Assembly (NCBI GenBank): GCA_964471825.1
Contig: CAYYKD010000008.1
Coordinates: 5,867-69,866 of the forward strand
Source of the DNA: an uncultured Spirochaetales bacterium
GTDB lineage: Bacteria > Spirochaetota > GWE2-31-10 > CAYYKD01
DNA: 64,000 nt
Reading direction: 5' to 3'
Part shown: one piece after another, positions 9,359 through 19,637 of the stretch
Position numbering within the stretch: the first letter of the stretch is position 1
Layout of the letters: each line of letters opens with the position of its first letter
The notes under the pieces: model-generated
The model's database searches: none
What the model was told of the DNA's origin: nothing
What the model saw: the letters and a program-made list of their open reading frames with translations, nothing else
Program-made: the position numbers and the translations under genes

Positions 9359-10186
9359 TTACAATATCGCTACTTGCTGCAGATTCACAAATTCATCAAA
9401 AAACAGATCATAGTATTGATCATCTCTAATACAATTTATCAAAATAAAAACAGATAAATATAACAAAAAATCCCCACTGTCTTTAAGAGATAACAATGAT
9501 TGCAGATCCCTAAGACACTCTTCCCCACCCATAAACACTGACTTCCTGTATTCAAAATAATTCCGTGAACCGCTAATTAATCCATTAACAAAAACACTCA
9601 ACTTCGATTTAATTAGTAAATTGTTTCCACTATAGCTCGACTGAATATAGTTTCTCAGTATGGCTAAACTTGAAACAACAATCAAAACATCACTAGACAA
9701 GTCATCCGAATATTTGCCGGTAGAAGCCAATGATAAAATCGAATTAAAATCACAATCTTCTTCACAAAAGAAATTTTGATCCACAACAACACGGTAGAGA
9801 TCTTTTAGTACGCAACTAATAAATAAACCAACAAATGTTTCACGTGAAACATGACCCTCCAAAAACACACCCGCCTTAACCTGCTCATTGACATGCACTT
9901 CCTGTTCGCACTTTTGATTGGCTTTATTTAAGGAGGAGCCATCATCAGTAATATTGATAAACGACGCGCTTAATCTGTTGTTATAGATCGAGATAATTCG
10001 TTTTGTTATTTCATTATAATCTAAATTTTGATCTGCTTGTTTATTCTCAACGCCTAAATTGTAATGGTTTTGATTGATGTCCGGGTGATACTTTAGCAAT
10101 AATTCAAGATATTTTTTTCTTAGTTCTTTAGGTGTAGATATGTTCCGGAGTGATATTATGTCGTCGTTGATTTGGTTTTGCAACAC
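9359..10186 (-). CDS. J-domain (DnaJ-like N-terminal) protein of otherwise unknown function
   Basis: J-domain-like stretch with HPD motif (RKKYLELLLKYHPDINQ). The rest has no recognisable domain. Confidence 0.45.
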   Translation of the reverse strand: MLQNQINDDIISLRNISTPKELRKKYLELLLKYHPDINQNHYNLGVENKQADQNLDYNEITKRIISIYNNRLSASFINITDDGSSLNKANQKCEQEVHVNEQVKAGVFLEGHVSRETFVGLFISCVLKDLYRVVVDQNFFCEEDCDFNSILSLASTGKYSDDLSSDVLIVVSSLAILRNYIQSSYSGNNLLIKSKLSVFVNGLISGSRNYFEYRKSVFMGGEECLRDLQSLLSLKDSGDFLLYLSVFILINCIRDDQYYDLFFDEFVNLQQVAIL

Positions 10187-10312
10187 AAACTCCTTTTGTG
10201 TACGGTTGTGGCAAAGAAGTAATTCAAATTAAATCGCCGGTTAATTCAAACATAGGTGATTAAGTTGTTATTCAATGTTTCACGTGAAACACAGAATAAC
10301 ACGAACAACGCT

Positions 10313-10981
10313 CTATTTTACTATGTCTACTATTACAATGTTTCGCTCTTTTACGGCGTTTTTAGGAGCAACCTTGATGATTTGATGAATAAATTTAAAA
10401 CGGTTTTTTTTAGCCAAAGTGATTTCTTCATCTATTGTTGATAGTTTACCTTTAAATAGAACTAGTTTGGTTGGATAGTTGGTTGTGTTTTTTAGTAATG
10501 AAAGTATAACCGGGATCGGTTTAAACGCCCGGCAAGTAAGAATGATGTTAGATTCACGCATGTCTGGTTTATACATAATTGTTTCAACAAGTTTATTTTC
10601 AACTCTAGCATTACTTAGTTTTAGTTCTGTTATTATTTCGTTTAAAAAGCTACATTTTTTTGGGCTTTTTTCAACAAGAAGAATCTCCTTGTCAGGAAAT
10701 ATACAGGCTAATAAAATACCGGGGAATCCTCCGCCGGCTCCGATATCGGTTATTTTATTATACGGTTTAAATAGATAAAAGGCAGATATACAGTCATAAA
10801 GATGATCGATTAATAGAGATTCCTTTGTTATTGTGCGTGAAATCAAATTTAGTTCATTGTTTTTTTTTACTAAAAGCGATATGTAATGAGAGATTAATTC
10901 ATAACTTTCGCTATACAATCCGTCTAATATCAAGTTTAGGTCTTTTGTTGTTACGGTGATATTTTCTTGTGTTTCAATCAT
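10313..10981 (-). CDS. rsmG: 16S rRNA (guanine527-N7)-methyltransferase RsmG/GidB
   Basis: DIGAGGGFPGILLA SAM-binding motif; 222 aa. Confidence 0.8.
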   Translation of the reverse strand: MIETQENITVTTKDLNLILDGLYSESYELISHYISLLVKKNNELNLISRTITKESLLIDHLYDCISAFYLFKPYNKITDIGAGGGFPGILLACIFPDKEILLVEKSPKKCSFLNEIITELKLSNARVENKLVETIMYKPDMRESNIILTCRAFKPIPVILSLLKNTTNYPTKLVLFKGKLSTIDEEITLAKKNRFKFIHQIIKVAPKNAVKERNIVIVDIVK

Positions 10982-10982
10982 A

Positions 10983-12401
10983 TTAGCTAACCACCGTACT
11001 ATTTATTTGTGGGTTTGCATCTTTATAAAGAGGGAGTGAAAAAATTACAATAGCACCTGACCCACTAATAGGTTTCTCAAATCTTATATTACTGCCATGT
11101 TCATTAATAATTCCCTTGCATATAGACAGGCCAAGCCCAAAACCACCCGTGTTTCTATCTCTTGACTTATCTACTCTGTAAAACTTCTCGAAAACAAGCT
11201 CAAACTGATCTTCAGGTATGCCGACTCCATTATCCGTTATTTTAAACTCAATAAACTTTTCTAATAATCTGGATGAAATAGTTATCTTATTAGCTGATGC
11301 TTTTATAGAATTGCTAATCAGATTAGTAAAAACTCTTTCGATCTTTTCCACATCAATATACAACTCGGCATTTTCAACTTCATCAACATCTAATACAATA
11401 TTATAGGCAGATTCAAAAGTCTTTGCAACCAAGAGAAGTCTGTTTCTCAACTCCTCAGATAGTACTGCTTCATTATAAAGAGTTTCTTTTCCCATTTCCA
11501 AGCGTGATATTTCAATGATTTCTCCGGCCATCTCATTAAGAAAATCAACTTCACTTAGAATGTTTTGATAATAATTTAAAACTTCCTGTTTTGATAAATC
11601 CAAGTCCATTATAATTTCAGTATAACCCTTAATGCGTCCTAACGGTGACCGCAACTCATGACTAATAGTTGCGAGTAATTCATCTCGGATTCTCTTCATT
11701 TTAAAAAGCTCGTTGGACATGAAATTTAATGATTCTGATAATGCACCAACCTCATCATCTGAAATATGATCTATTTGTACTCCAAGATTACCTGATGCTA
11801 TATTTTTTGCAATATTAGACATCTGTAAAATGGGAGTAACTATACTTTTAGAAAAAAATATGATAATTGGAAACATGAAAATAGCTGTTAGAACCGAAGC
11901 AAAAACAAGACTTCTCAATATTATTAAGTAGTAGTTAAATTTAATCGACAGATGTATAGATTTAAATGGCATGTTTTCTGCAAATTTAACCTCTCTGGTA
12001 ATTTCCAAAAAGTATTTTTCCTGTCTTCCATCATATATCAGCTTGGGTGTCTCTTTGAACTCAATAACCCCTTCTATTACCGGTATCCTAATATTGTAAC
12101 CATGAAAAACTTTTTCTACAGTTCCAAAAATAATTTCGGATTCATTAACATCCATTTTTTCCTTAATCTCATTTAAGTCAAAAATGTTTGTTTTTGCTTG
12201 ATATAAGTTTTCAATCTGTTTTTTAAAAACCGATGTTTTTTCCTCAAAAACTGACATCTGATTATCTATCAATTTTTGAAAAATAAAATATGAAAATACA
12301 GCGGTTAATAGTAATGATACGGTTAAAAATCCAAAATAATAAAAAATTATTTTTTTGGTTAAAGTAAATTTTACTTTAGGAAACAATATCTTTGCACTCA
12401 A
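10983..12401 (-). CDS. Sensor histidine kinase (TM-HAMP-HisKA-HATPase)
   Basis: H-box ISHELRSPLGRIKGYTEII, N/G boxes, two TM helices. Overlaps its cognate regulator gene. Confidence 0.8.
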   Translation of the reverse strand: MSAKILFPKVKFTLTKKIIFYYFGFLTVSLLLTAVFSYFIFQKLIDNQMSVFEEKTSVFKKQIENLYQAKTNIFDLNEIKEKMDVNESEIIFGTVEKVFHGYNIRIPVIEGVIEFKETPKLIYDGRQEKYFLEITREVKFAENMPFKSIHLSIKFNYYLIILRSLVFASVLTAIFMFPIIIFFSKSIVTPILQMSNIAKNIASGNLGVQIDHISDDEVGALSESLNFMSNELFKMKRIRDELLATISHELRSPLGRIKGYTEIIMDLDLSKQEVLNYYQNILSEVDFLNEMAGEIIEISRLEMGKETLYNEAVLSEELRNRLLLVAKTFESAYNIVLDVDEVENAELYIDVEKIERVFTNLISNSIKASANKITISSRLLEKFIEFKITDNGVGIPEDQFELVFEKFYRVDKSRDRNTGGFGLGLSICKGIINEHGSNIRFEKPISGSGAIVIFSLPLYKDANPQINSTVVS

Positions 12402-13086
12402 ATCTATACCCTGATCCCCATACAGTTTTGATAAAACAAGTTTGCGGCTTCTGTAGTTTCAATTTATTACGGAGATGACTAATGTGCATATCTATTGATC
12501 TGTCATAAACTGCATACTCTCTATCCGAGACTAGTTTTAAGAGTTCCTCTCTACTATAAGTTTTATCTGAGTTAGCAGCAAGAAGATAAAGGATTTCAAA
12601 CTCTGTTTTAGTTAGTTCATACTCTACGCCATTTAATAATAATGCTCTTTTATTTTGACTTAACTCGAAACCGGGATAATTAACATCCTTCTTCTCAACG
12701 AAATCATGGGTGGAAACTGTACTTCTTCTTAACACAGTTCTAATCCGTGCAATTAATTCTCTTGGAGAAAATGGTTTTGTAATATAATCATCGGCTCCCA
12801 TTTCTAATCCAATTACCTTATCAACTTCCTCCCCTTTTGCAGTTAACATTATTACAGGTATCGTGAAGTCTTTTTGTACTTTTCTTAGAATATCGAATCC
12901 ATTTCTATCCGGCAACATTACATCTAACAAGATTAAATCAGGCTTTTCTCTTGAAATTATTGCTTCTACCTCTACGCCTGTATTAGCAATTAAAACTTGA
13001 AACTCGTAATGCGAAAAATATTTTTCAATAATTTCGGTTAATTTTGTATCATCATCAATTATTAATATCTTTTTTCTGTACTGCAT
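12376..13086 (-). CDS. OmpR-family response regulator
   Basis: Receiver domain (DDD...D...K) plus winged-helix output (VWGSGYRF). Confidence 0.85.
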   Translation of the reverse strand: MQYRKKILIIDDDTKLTEIIEKYFSHYEFQVLIANTGVEVEAIISREKPDLILLDVMLPDRNGFDILRKVQKDFTIPVIMLTAKGEEVDKVIGLEMGADDYITKPFSPRELIARIRTVLRRSTVSTHDFVEKKDVNYPGFELSQNKRALLLNGVEYELTKTEFEILYLLAANSDKTYSREELLKLVSDREYAVYDRSIDMHISHLRNKLKLQKPQTCFIKTVWGSGYRFECKDIVS

Positions 13087-13293
13087 TTGCTTCTCCGTAA
13101 TTGTAAATTTTTACAATTATAAATAAAGTCTATTTTTTTATAAATTGCAACAAAAAAGAACATTAATACAAATTTATTACAAGTTGATTTTATATTTGAA
13201 AATATTTTATATAAATAAATTTTTATTCTATAATGATATTTATTTTAATAATATTTATTTAAACAAAAATTTAAACAGATATATGGAGGCTAT

Positions 13294-14349
13294 ATGTTGA
13301 AATGCTTATTTGTATTATTAACACTAACACCAACAATATTGTTTTCCGGCAATATAAATATTGACAGCATAATTTATAATTTTCCTGATGATTTAGTTCT
13401 AAATGAAAACATTATATTAGAAAATCAAGATTCTACAATTGTAGAACTAACATCGAAAATAGAGTTATCAAACAACTCAGAGGACGATATATCAACAATG
13501 TATCTTCATCTGACAACGCCAGCCACTAATAATGATTATCAAATTCTTTTAAGTATAAATGCAACAGGCTATGAAAAAATCGAATTAAAAAATCATAAAA
13601 ATCAAATCGATAGTTACCTGCAATTCACATTTCCACTCCAAGCGAAAACTATACACAATATAATTGTAACATTTAAATTATTACTTATTCCGGTAGATTA
13701 CAACTTTGTTGTGAATAAAATAAAAGAATTTAAAAAAAATGAGACTGAAAGTATCTATACTGAACCATCAAAATATATAGAATCAGATGCTAATGAGATT
13801 AAAATACTTGCTAATAATATTGTCAAATCATCTAATAATTTGATCGAACAGACAAAATTAGCATATAAGTTACCTTGGAAGTTGTTACGATTTGAAGTGC
13901 AAAAACAACCATTGGGAGCGTTAAAATCCTACTTGTTAGGCAAGGGGGATTGTACTGAATTTGCGGCTTTATACTGTGCGATCAATAGATCACTGAACAT
14001 CCCATCAAGATTATACTCTGTATTTTCATTTGGTAAAGATACATCTAGAACATGGCAAACACCAAACCACACTATTTCCGAGATATACCTAAATGAAATC
14101 GGCTGGATACCAATAGATCCAAATCTTGGACAAGGAAAATTTGCAAATCAACATAGTTTTGGTAAAACAACTAATAATATAATTTATTTCAACCATGAAA
14201 ATACATGGGTCTGGGGAATACATATTCCCGAAAAAAACTTAAATAGAAAAAAAATAAAATCAAATATTAAATGGAATGGTAAAATAATTTCTTATGGAAA
14301 ACCTCATGAGCTTTTCCATAAGTTTAAATTACAAAATAAATATGATTAA
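13294..14349 (+). CDS. Secreted transglutaminase-like cysteine protease superfamily protein
   Basis: Signal peptide, then a Cys-His-Asp core (GKGDCTEFAALYC ... NHTISEIY ... GWIPIDP). Confidence 0.6.
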   Translation: MLKCLFVLLTLTPTILFSGNINIDSIIYNFPDDLVLNENIILENQDSTIVELTSKIELSNNSEDDISTMYLHLTTPATNNDYQILLSINATGYEKIELKNHKNQIDSYLQFTFPLQAKTIHNIIVTFKLLLIPVDYNFVVNKIKEFKKNETESIYTEPSKYIESDANEIKILANNIVKSSNNLIEQTKLAYKLPWKLLRFEVQKQPLGALKSYLLGKGDCTEFAALYCAINRSLNIPSRLYSVFSFGKDTSRTWQTPNHTISEIYLNEIGWIPIDPNLGQGKFANQHSFGKTTNNIIYFNHENTWVWGIHIPEKNLNRKKIKSNIKWNGKIISYGKPHELFHKFKLQNKYD

Positions 14350-15575
14350 AACTTCAACAATGAAAGTCGGTTAATTGCTTCCTTCACATCTTCCTGCTTA
14401 CCAAAAGCAGATAATCTAAAATATCCTTCGCCGCACTTACCGAAACCAACGCCGGGAGTTCCTACAATTTGGCAATCGTTTAGAAGTTTTGAGAAAAAAT
14501 CCCATGAACTCATATTGTTAGGTGTTCTAAACCAAATATATGGGGAATTTACACCACCGGAATAAATAAACTTTAGTCTGCTTAAACCATCTGTAATAAT
14601 TTTTGCATTTGCCAGATAATAATTTATTAACTCTTTTGTTTCCTTCTGACCTTCTTCAGTGAAAACTGCTGCAGCACCCTTTTGAATAAAATATGCAACA
14701 CCATTAAATTTTGTTGATTGTCGTCTAAACCACATTTGGTTTATATTATTAACAACACCATTTTCATCTGTAATATTAAGACTCTTAGGCACTATAGTAT
14801 ACGCACATCTTGTTCCTGTAAAGCCTGCAGTTTTTGATAAACTTCTAAACTCTATAGAACATTTATCTGCTCCATCAATCTCAAATATTGACCTCGGAAT
14901 ATTATCCTCAGTAACAAAAGCTTCATATGCCGCATCAAAAAGTATGAGCGATTTATTTGCTAATGCATAATCAACCCACTTTTTTAATTCTTGTTTTGTT
15001 AAGACCTGTCCAGATGGATTATTTGGAAAACATAGATAGATTAGATCAACCGGTTCACTTGGTAAAGAAGGCTTGAAGTTATTCTCAGAACTACATTCTA
15101 GATATACAATTTTTTTATACCTGCCTTCTGAATTATCTCCTGTTCGACCAGCCATGACATTTGTGTCGATATAAACCGGATATACAGGGTCTGTTATGGC
15201 AATTTTTATATTGTTTGAAAATATTTCTTGAATATTAGCTGTGTCCTCTTTTGCACCGGTTGAAATAAATATCTCATCCTTATCTATATTGATTCCTCTT
15301 CGTTTAAAATCAAAATCAGAAATCGCAGATCTTAAAAATTCATAACCATTTTCAGGACCATAACCTTTAAAGGTTGAAGAATCAGACATCTCATCAACAC
15401 CTGATTTAATTGCCTCGATGATTGTAGGAGTCAAAGGTTTTGTTACATCACCGATTCCCAATCTAATTATTTTTTTTTCCGGATTCTGTTCTCTATAAAT
15501 GTTTACCCTTTTTGCAATTTCGGAAAATAAATAACTTCCCTGAAGTTTTGAATAATTCTCATTTACTCTAATCAT
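14346..15575 (-). CDS. dapL: LL-diaminopimelate aminotransferase DapL
   Basis: DapL-characteristic N-terminus (VNENYSKLQGSYLFSEIAKRV) and a PLP aminotransferase fold. Confidence 0.8.
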   Translation of the reverse strand: MIRVNENYSKLQGSYLFSEIAKRVNIYREQNPEKKIIRLGIGDVTKPLTPTIIEAIKSGVDEMSDSSTFKGYGPENGYEFLRSAISDFDFKRRGINIDKDEIFISTGAKEDTANIQEIFSNNIKIAITDPVYPVYIDTNVMAGRTGDNSEGRYKKIVYLECSSENNFKPSLPSEPVDLIYLCFPNNPSGQVLTKQELKKWVDYALANKSLILFDAAYEAFVTEDNIPRSIFEIDGADKCSIEFRSLSKTAGFTGTRCAYTIVPKSLNITDENGVVNNINQMWFRRQSTKFNGVAYFIQKGAAAVFTEEGQKETKELINYYLANAKIITDGLSRLKFIYSGGVNSPYIWFRTPNNMSSWDFFSKLLNDCQIVGTPGVGFGKCGEGYFRLSAFGKQEDVKEAINRLSLLKF

Positions 15576-15593
15576 AATAAATATCCTCCTATA

Positions 15594-16295
15594 TTATCTA
15601 CCAACAACAAAATCTTCATACGAATTATATAATAATTCACTCATATTTAAATATGAGCATGGATCTTCTAATAAACCAAATAACTTTGAAAATCTAGCAT
15701 AATAACCATCTGCATTAATATTTCGAACATTTGAAAGAACAGGAATAGATAAGTTCTGAGAAGTGTATTTGTAAAAATCAGATTGAAAACCGTTTAAAAT
15801 AGCTAAAAAACCATTATTACTTTCGTATTCTTTAATCATATTAAAAACACTGATAAAATAGGCTTCTTCATTTTGATTATTCTGATAATTTACCTCTAAA
15901 GCAAAGGGTATATTAGATCCTAGAATTGTTTTAATGTTTTTTCCAATATTAAAACTTCCGTTCAATATTAAAAAGTCAGCTTTATTATTCGTTATAAAAT
16001 TAGTTATTTTTTCTAATGATATCGAACTTCCGGTATATAACGAAGTAACCGGTAAATCAACTGCAAAATATTTGGTAGAAGTGTAATTTTGAATAATATG
16101 ATAAAAAAATTCTTCCTTTATATATTGAGATGACTTAAAACCATGCAATAAGGCAAACTCATCTAAATCAAATCTGAAAAAATCAATATTTTCAATATTG
16201 ATTTTTTCTTGAACAACATTATTAATTACAGACAAACCAAAAACCTTTTTTTTATTCAATTTCTTTTCTTTGAAATAACTGGTTATATGATTCAT
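15594..16295 (-). CDS. Hypothetical protein
   Basis: 233-aa ORF packed tightly after jag. No recognisable motifs. Confidence 0.4.
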   Translation of the reverse strand: MNHITSYFKEKKLNKKKVFGLSVINNVVQEKINIENIDFFRFDLDEFALLHGFKSSQYIKEEFFYHIIQNYTSTKYFAVDLPVTSLYTGSSISLEKITNFITNNKADFLILNGSFNIGKNIKTILGSNIPFALEVNYQNNQNEEAYFISVFNMIKEYESNNGFLAILNGFQSDFYKYTSQNLSIPVLSNVRNINADGYYARFSKLFGLLEDPCSYLNMSELLYNSYEDFVVGR

Positions 16296-16304
16296 AAAAT
16301 ATTC

Positions 16305-16958
16305 CTATTGATTATCTTCTATAATTCCTTCTTCCTTGTAGAAAACTCTAACCTTCTTTAGAAGTCCATCGCCTTCTGACTCAGTTGTTACAAGTTTATC
16401 ATCTTTTAAACACATATGAATAATTCTTCTTTCAAAAGGGTTCATTGGTTCCAGAAGTATCGGTTTTCCTGATTTTTTTACATCAGAGGCAGCTTTATGA
16501 GCGATATTTAGAAGGATTGCCTTTCTTTTATCCCTATAGTTACCTACATCAATTATTATTTTTGTCCACTTGTTAAAGGATCTATTCATTGTAACATTAA
16601 CAAGTGTTTGAATAGCTTCAAGAGTTTGACCTTTTTTACCAATTACGATTGCTGAATCAGGTGATTCAATTTCAATAATAATCTGTTCATCATCTTCATC
16701 TATAAGATAAATTTTAGCTTCAATATTCATTTTCTCTAATAGATCCCTTACAAACATAAGTGACCTATTCCCAAACATTAATTCTTCATCAAACTTAATT
16801 TTAAGAGTTACCTCTTCTTTTTTTCCAAAAGAAAATAGTCCCCCCTTAGCAGATGAGTCGACCTCTACCTCTACTTGATCTCTTTTTAACTTTAGTATAT
16901 CTAATGCTGATTCAATAACCTCTTGCTCATCTTTTCCTGAAAATAATCTTTCTATCAT
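16305..16958 (-). CDS. jag: Jag/KhpB RNA-binding protein (Jag_N, KH and R3H domains)
   Basis: R3H motif (LEPMNPFERRIIHMCL) and the conserved position downstream of yidC. Confidence 0.7.
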   Translation of the reverse strand: MIERLFSGKDEQEVIESALDILKLKRDQVEVEVDSSAKGGLFSFGKKEEVTLKIKFDEELMFGNRSLMFVRDLLEKMNIEAKIYLIDEDDEQIIIEIESPDSAIVIGKKGQTLEAIQTLVNVTMNRSFNKWTKIIIDVGNYRDKRKAILLNIAHKAASDVKKSGKPILLEPMNPFERRIIHMCLKDDKLVTTESEGDGLLKKVRVFYKEEGIIEDNQ

Positions 16959-16967
16959 AATATCCCC

Positions 16968-18701
16968 CTAACTTTTCTTCAGTTTTTTTAAAATCTCATT
17001 TCTATTAACAAAGACCTGTTGAAATAAATTTAATATATTCATAACAGTCCAATATAATACAAGACCTGATGATACATTATAAAATATAAAAAAGAAAACA
17101 ATCGGTAACATAAACATCATCATCTTTGTTTGACTATTATTGGTTCCTGAGCTTGGAGTTAACGCACTTGTTAAAAATTGAGTTATAACCATTAATATAG
17201 GTAGTATGTGAAGTGGAATTCCATTCATACCAAACATAGCAAAGGGTATTTCTAAAATTTTATCCGGTGCTGATAGATCTTTAATCCATAAGAAAGAAGA
17301 ACTTTTTAACTCAACCATATTTACTAACAATTCATACATTGCAATAAGCAACGGCATCTGTAATAGTAATGGTAAACATCCGCCTAGCGGATTGATGCCT
17401 GATTTTTTGTAGAATTTCATAGTTTCTTCATTTAATTTTTGCGGGTCATCCTTAAACTTCAACTGTAATTCTTTTAACTTTGGTTGAACATCCATCATTT
17501 TTTTCTGTGAAACCATACTGGAATGTGTAAGCGGTGCGAGTAATAATTTTATTAAAAATGTAATAATAATAATTGCCAATCCGTAATTTTTAACAATACT
17601 ATAGATATAGGAAAGGCCCCATCCAATAACATTACCGATACCAAAAAGAATGCTTCTTTCTAGTTTATTTATCTTAGAATTAATAATTGAATTATCTCCA
17701 AATTTTCTGTTTTTATTGTAATCGCCCAGCACACTACCAACTTTTGGACCCAGATAGATATTAAAACTAGCATTTGCAACTGACTTAGATAACTCTCTCG
17801 TATAGCCTGTATAATATTTATTATTATCCTTCTGTCTATAATCAAAAAAGTATCTATATCTTTGATTGTCTGATAAAATAGCAGTTGCAAAATAATGTCC
17901 ATTATTTACTACCCATCCATCAATATTTTGAGGAATCTTATCATTAAATAAATATTTGTCAGGAAAGGATTTTTTATCATTAAACTTAACATCTACTATT
18001 TTTTTCCCATCGAAATATGAGAGAAAGTTTTTTAGTTTCTTGTCGTTTTTTTCGTTAACAATACCTAGCGTAGGCCCCCATCCAATACTAAATGATGAGT
18101 TGGAATTATCAAACGCCATTACTTCAGACTTAGAGTTACTGATTTCTATATCACATTTAAATACAAACTCATCTTTATAGAAAGTAAAAATCTTTTTAAC
18201 TGTATAGATTGATTCTGTTTCAATATTTTTAAATGTTGAAGTAAAGACAAATTTATTATCATCCCGTTTAAATACGAAATAATCATTTCCATCGGTTAAA
18301 CTATCAAGTGTTATATCACTATCCCAACTTCCTAGTTTTAACAACAAACCACCATCTCCATCTGTTCCATAATTAATATGATGTAATACTGAGCCATCTC
18401 TATTTAAAAATGTGTCTTTAATGAATGCATCTGTTACAACAGCACCCTTTTCAGAAAATATTAACTTGATATTTTTATTTTCATAGGTTAATAATGACTG
18501 ATCATAATATCCTCTCTCAGTTAGAGAAGTAAATTTTGATGTTTTTTTTACCTGATTGTTGTTTACTAAATTAGGAATATCAGGTTGAATTTGAGTTTGT
18601 TCAGGTTTGATTGCAGCATTTTGAGGTTGCCAAAAAATCCAATAGGCAGTAAATAATAATGCCATAATAACCATAAAGTAAAATGATTTGTTTGTGTCCA
18701 T
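16968..18701 (-). CDS. yidC: Membrane protein insertase YidC (long, diderm-type with a periplasmic domain)
   Basis: 577 aa. Conserved C-terminal 5-TM core; follows yidD, rnpA and rpmH. Confidence 0.85.
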   Translation of the reverse strand: MDTNKSFYFMVIMALLFTAYWIFWQPQNAAIKPEQTQIQPDIPNLVNNNQVKKTSKFTSLTERGYYDQSLLTYENKNIKLIFSEKGAVVTDAFIKDTFLNRDGSVLHHINYGTDGDGGLLLKLGSWDSDITLDSLTDGNDYFVFKRDDNKFVFTSTFKNIETESIYTVKKIFTFYKDEFVFKCDIEISNSKSEVMAFDNSNSSFSIGWGPTLGIVNEKNDKKLKNFLSYFDGKKIVDVKFNDKKSFPDKYLFNDKIPQNIDGWVVNNGHYFATAILSDNQRYRYFFDYRQKDNNKYYTGYTRELSKSVANASFNIYLGPKVGSVLGDYNKNRKFGDNSIINSKINKLERSILFGIGNVIGWGLSYIYSIVKNYGLAIIIITFLIKLLLAPLTHSSMVSQKKMMDVQPKLKELQLKFKDDPQKLNEETMKFYKKSGINPLGGCLPLLLQMPLLIAMYELLVNMVELKSSSFLWIKDLSAPDKILEIPFAMFGMNGIPLHILPILMVITQFLTSALTPSSGTNNSQTKMMMFMLPIVFFFIFYNVSSGLVLYWTVMNILNLFQQVFVNRNEILKKLKKS

Positions 18702-18715
18702 AAAATCTCCATTGT

Positions 18716-18934
18716 TTATTTAAGTGGGTCAAATCCACCCGCATTCCATGGATTGCAGCGAATTATTCGATAAATTGATAAAAAAATTGCTTTAATGAAA
18801 TTATACTTTTGAAATGCCTGTTTGGAGTAATCCGAACAACTCGGATAAAACCTACATGACGGCGGGAATAAAGGAGATAAAAATTTCTGATATATTAGTA
18901 TTAACTGTATAAATAATTTATTTATTATCTTCAT
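18716..18934 (-). CDS. yidD: Membrane protein insertion efficiency factor YidD
   Basis: Conserved FYPSCSDY...CNPW motif; 72 aa. Confidence 0.8.
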   Translation of the reverse strand: MKIINKLFIQLILIYQKFLSPLFPPSCRFYPSCSDYSKQAFQKYNFIKAIFLSIYRIIRCNPWNAGGFDPLK

Positions 18935-19264
18935 TATACTTATTTATTAAAAAAAGAAATTCGGAATTCAAGGATTCAAATTTTATAGAGTTTTTTTTAA
19001 CTATCACAACAATATCTACATGAAATAATAATTGTGACCTGATAGATCTAAAAAATTCTCTTAATATTCGTTTTTGATAATTTCGTTGTACTGAATTTCC
19101 TGAAACTCGTTTGCTTACAATTATTCCAAATCTGGAATAATCTAATGAGTTTTTAAAAAAACCTATAATATAAAATTTACCCTTTAATACAGTACCTTCA
19201 TTTAGTACTTTATTGAATTCCGTTTTTTTTTTAGCCGTTCACATTGTTTAAAAGTATAATCCAT
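18918..19264 (-). CDS. rnpA: Ribonuclease P protein component RnpA, split by a 1-nt frameshift in a T10/A10 homopolymer (sequencing error, slippage-dependent gene, or pseudogene)
   Basis: ATG at 19264 lies 6 nt after the rpmH stop. Frame 1 gives MDYTFKQCERLKKKRNSIKY* and the adjacent frame continues KKKTEFNKVLNEGTVLKGKFYIIGFF...GIIVSKRVSGNSVQRNYQKRILREFFR (RnpA-like) to the stop at 18918. The frame switch falls inside T10 at 19223..19232, and 347 nt is not a multiple of 3. Confidence 0.7.
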
Positions 19265-19270
19265 TGATAA

Positions 19271-19411
19271 TTAGCCCTTAACGGCTAATTTTTTTCTACC
19301 TACCAGTCTTCTTCTTTTTAAAACAAGTCTTCCACCTTTAGTTTTCATCCTTGCTCTAAAACCACATTTATTAATTCTTCTGGTCTTTGACGGTTGATAA
19401 GTCATCTTCAT
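19271..19411 (-). CDS. rpmH: 50S ribosomal protein L34
   Basis: Manual translation gives [46 protein letters not shown] (46 aa). It is below the ORF-track length cutoff. Confidence 0.85.
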   Translation of the reverse strand: MKMTYQPSKTRRINKCGFRARMKTKGGRLVLKRRRLVGRKKLAVKG

Positions 19412-19637
19412 AAAAAAACTCCTATATATACATAAAAAAACATTTAATTTAAAATAAAATCTTCAAAATTGAGAGTTGCGAATATATCATTTTTTATATA
19501 TATGTGTCAAGTATAATTTAGTATTGAAAATCTTGATAATCACTGAATATCAAAATAATCAACCTTTAAGCAGATATTAGAGATACTGTAGTATCAATTG
19601 TCTTTAAAGAATAATTAATATTTCGCAATAAATAACT

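Noticed and set aside
9338-9382. CTGCAGCAAG..CTTGCTGCAG hairpin between convergent bioD and the J-domain gene, considered as a bidirectional terminator
   Set aside because: The loop is 25 nt, and the right arm lies inside the 3' end of the J-domain CDS. It is not followed by a U-tract on either strand, so it is too weak to call.
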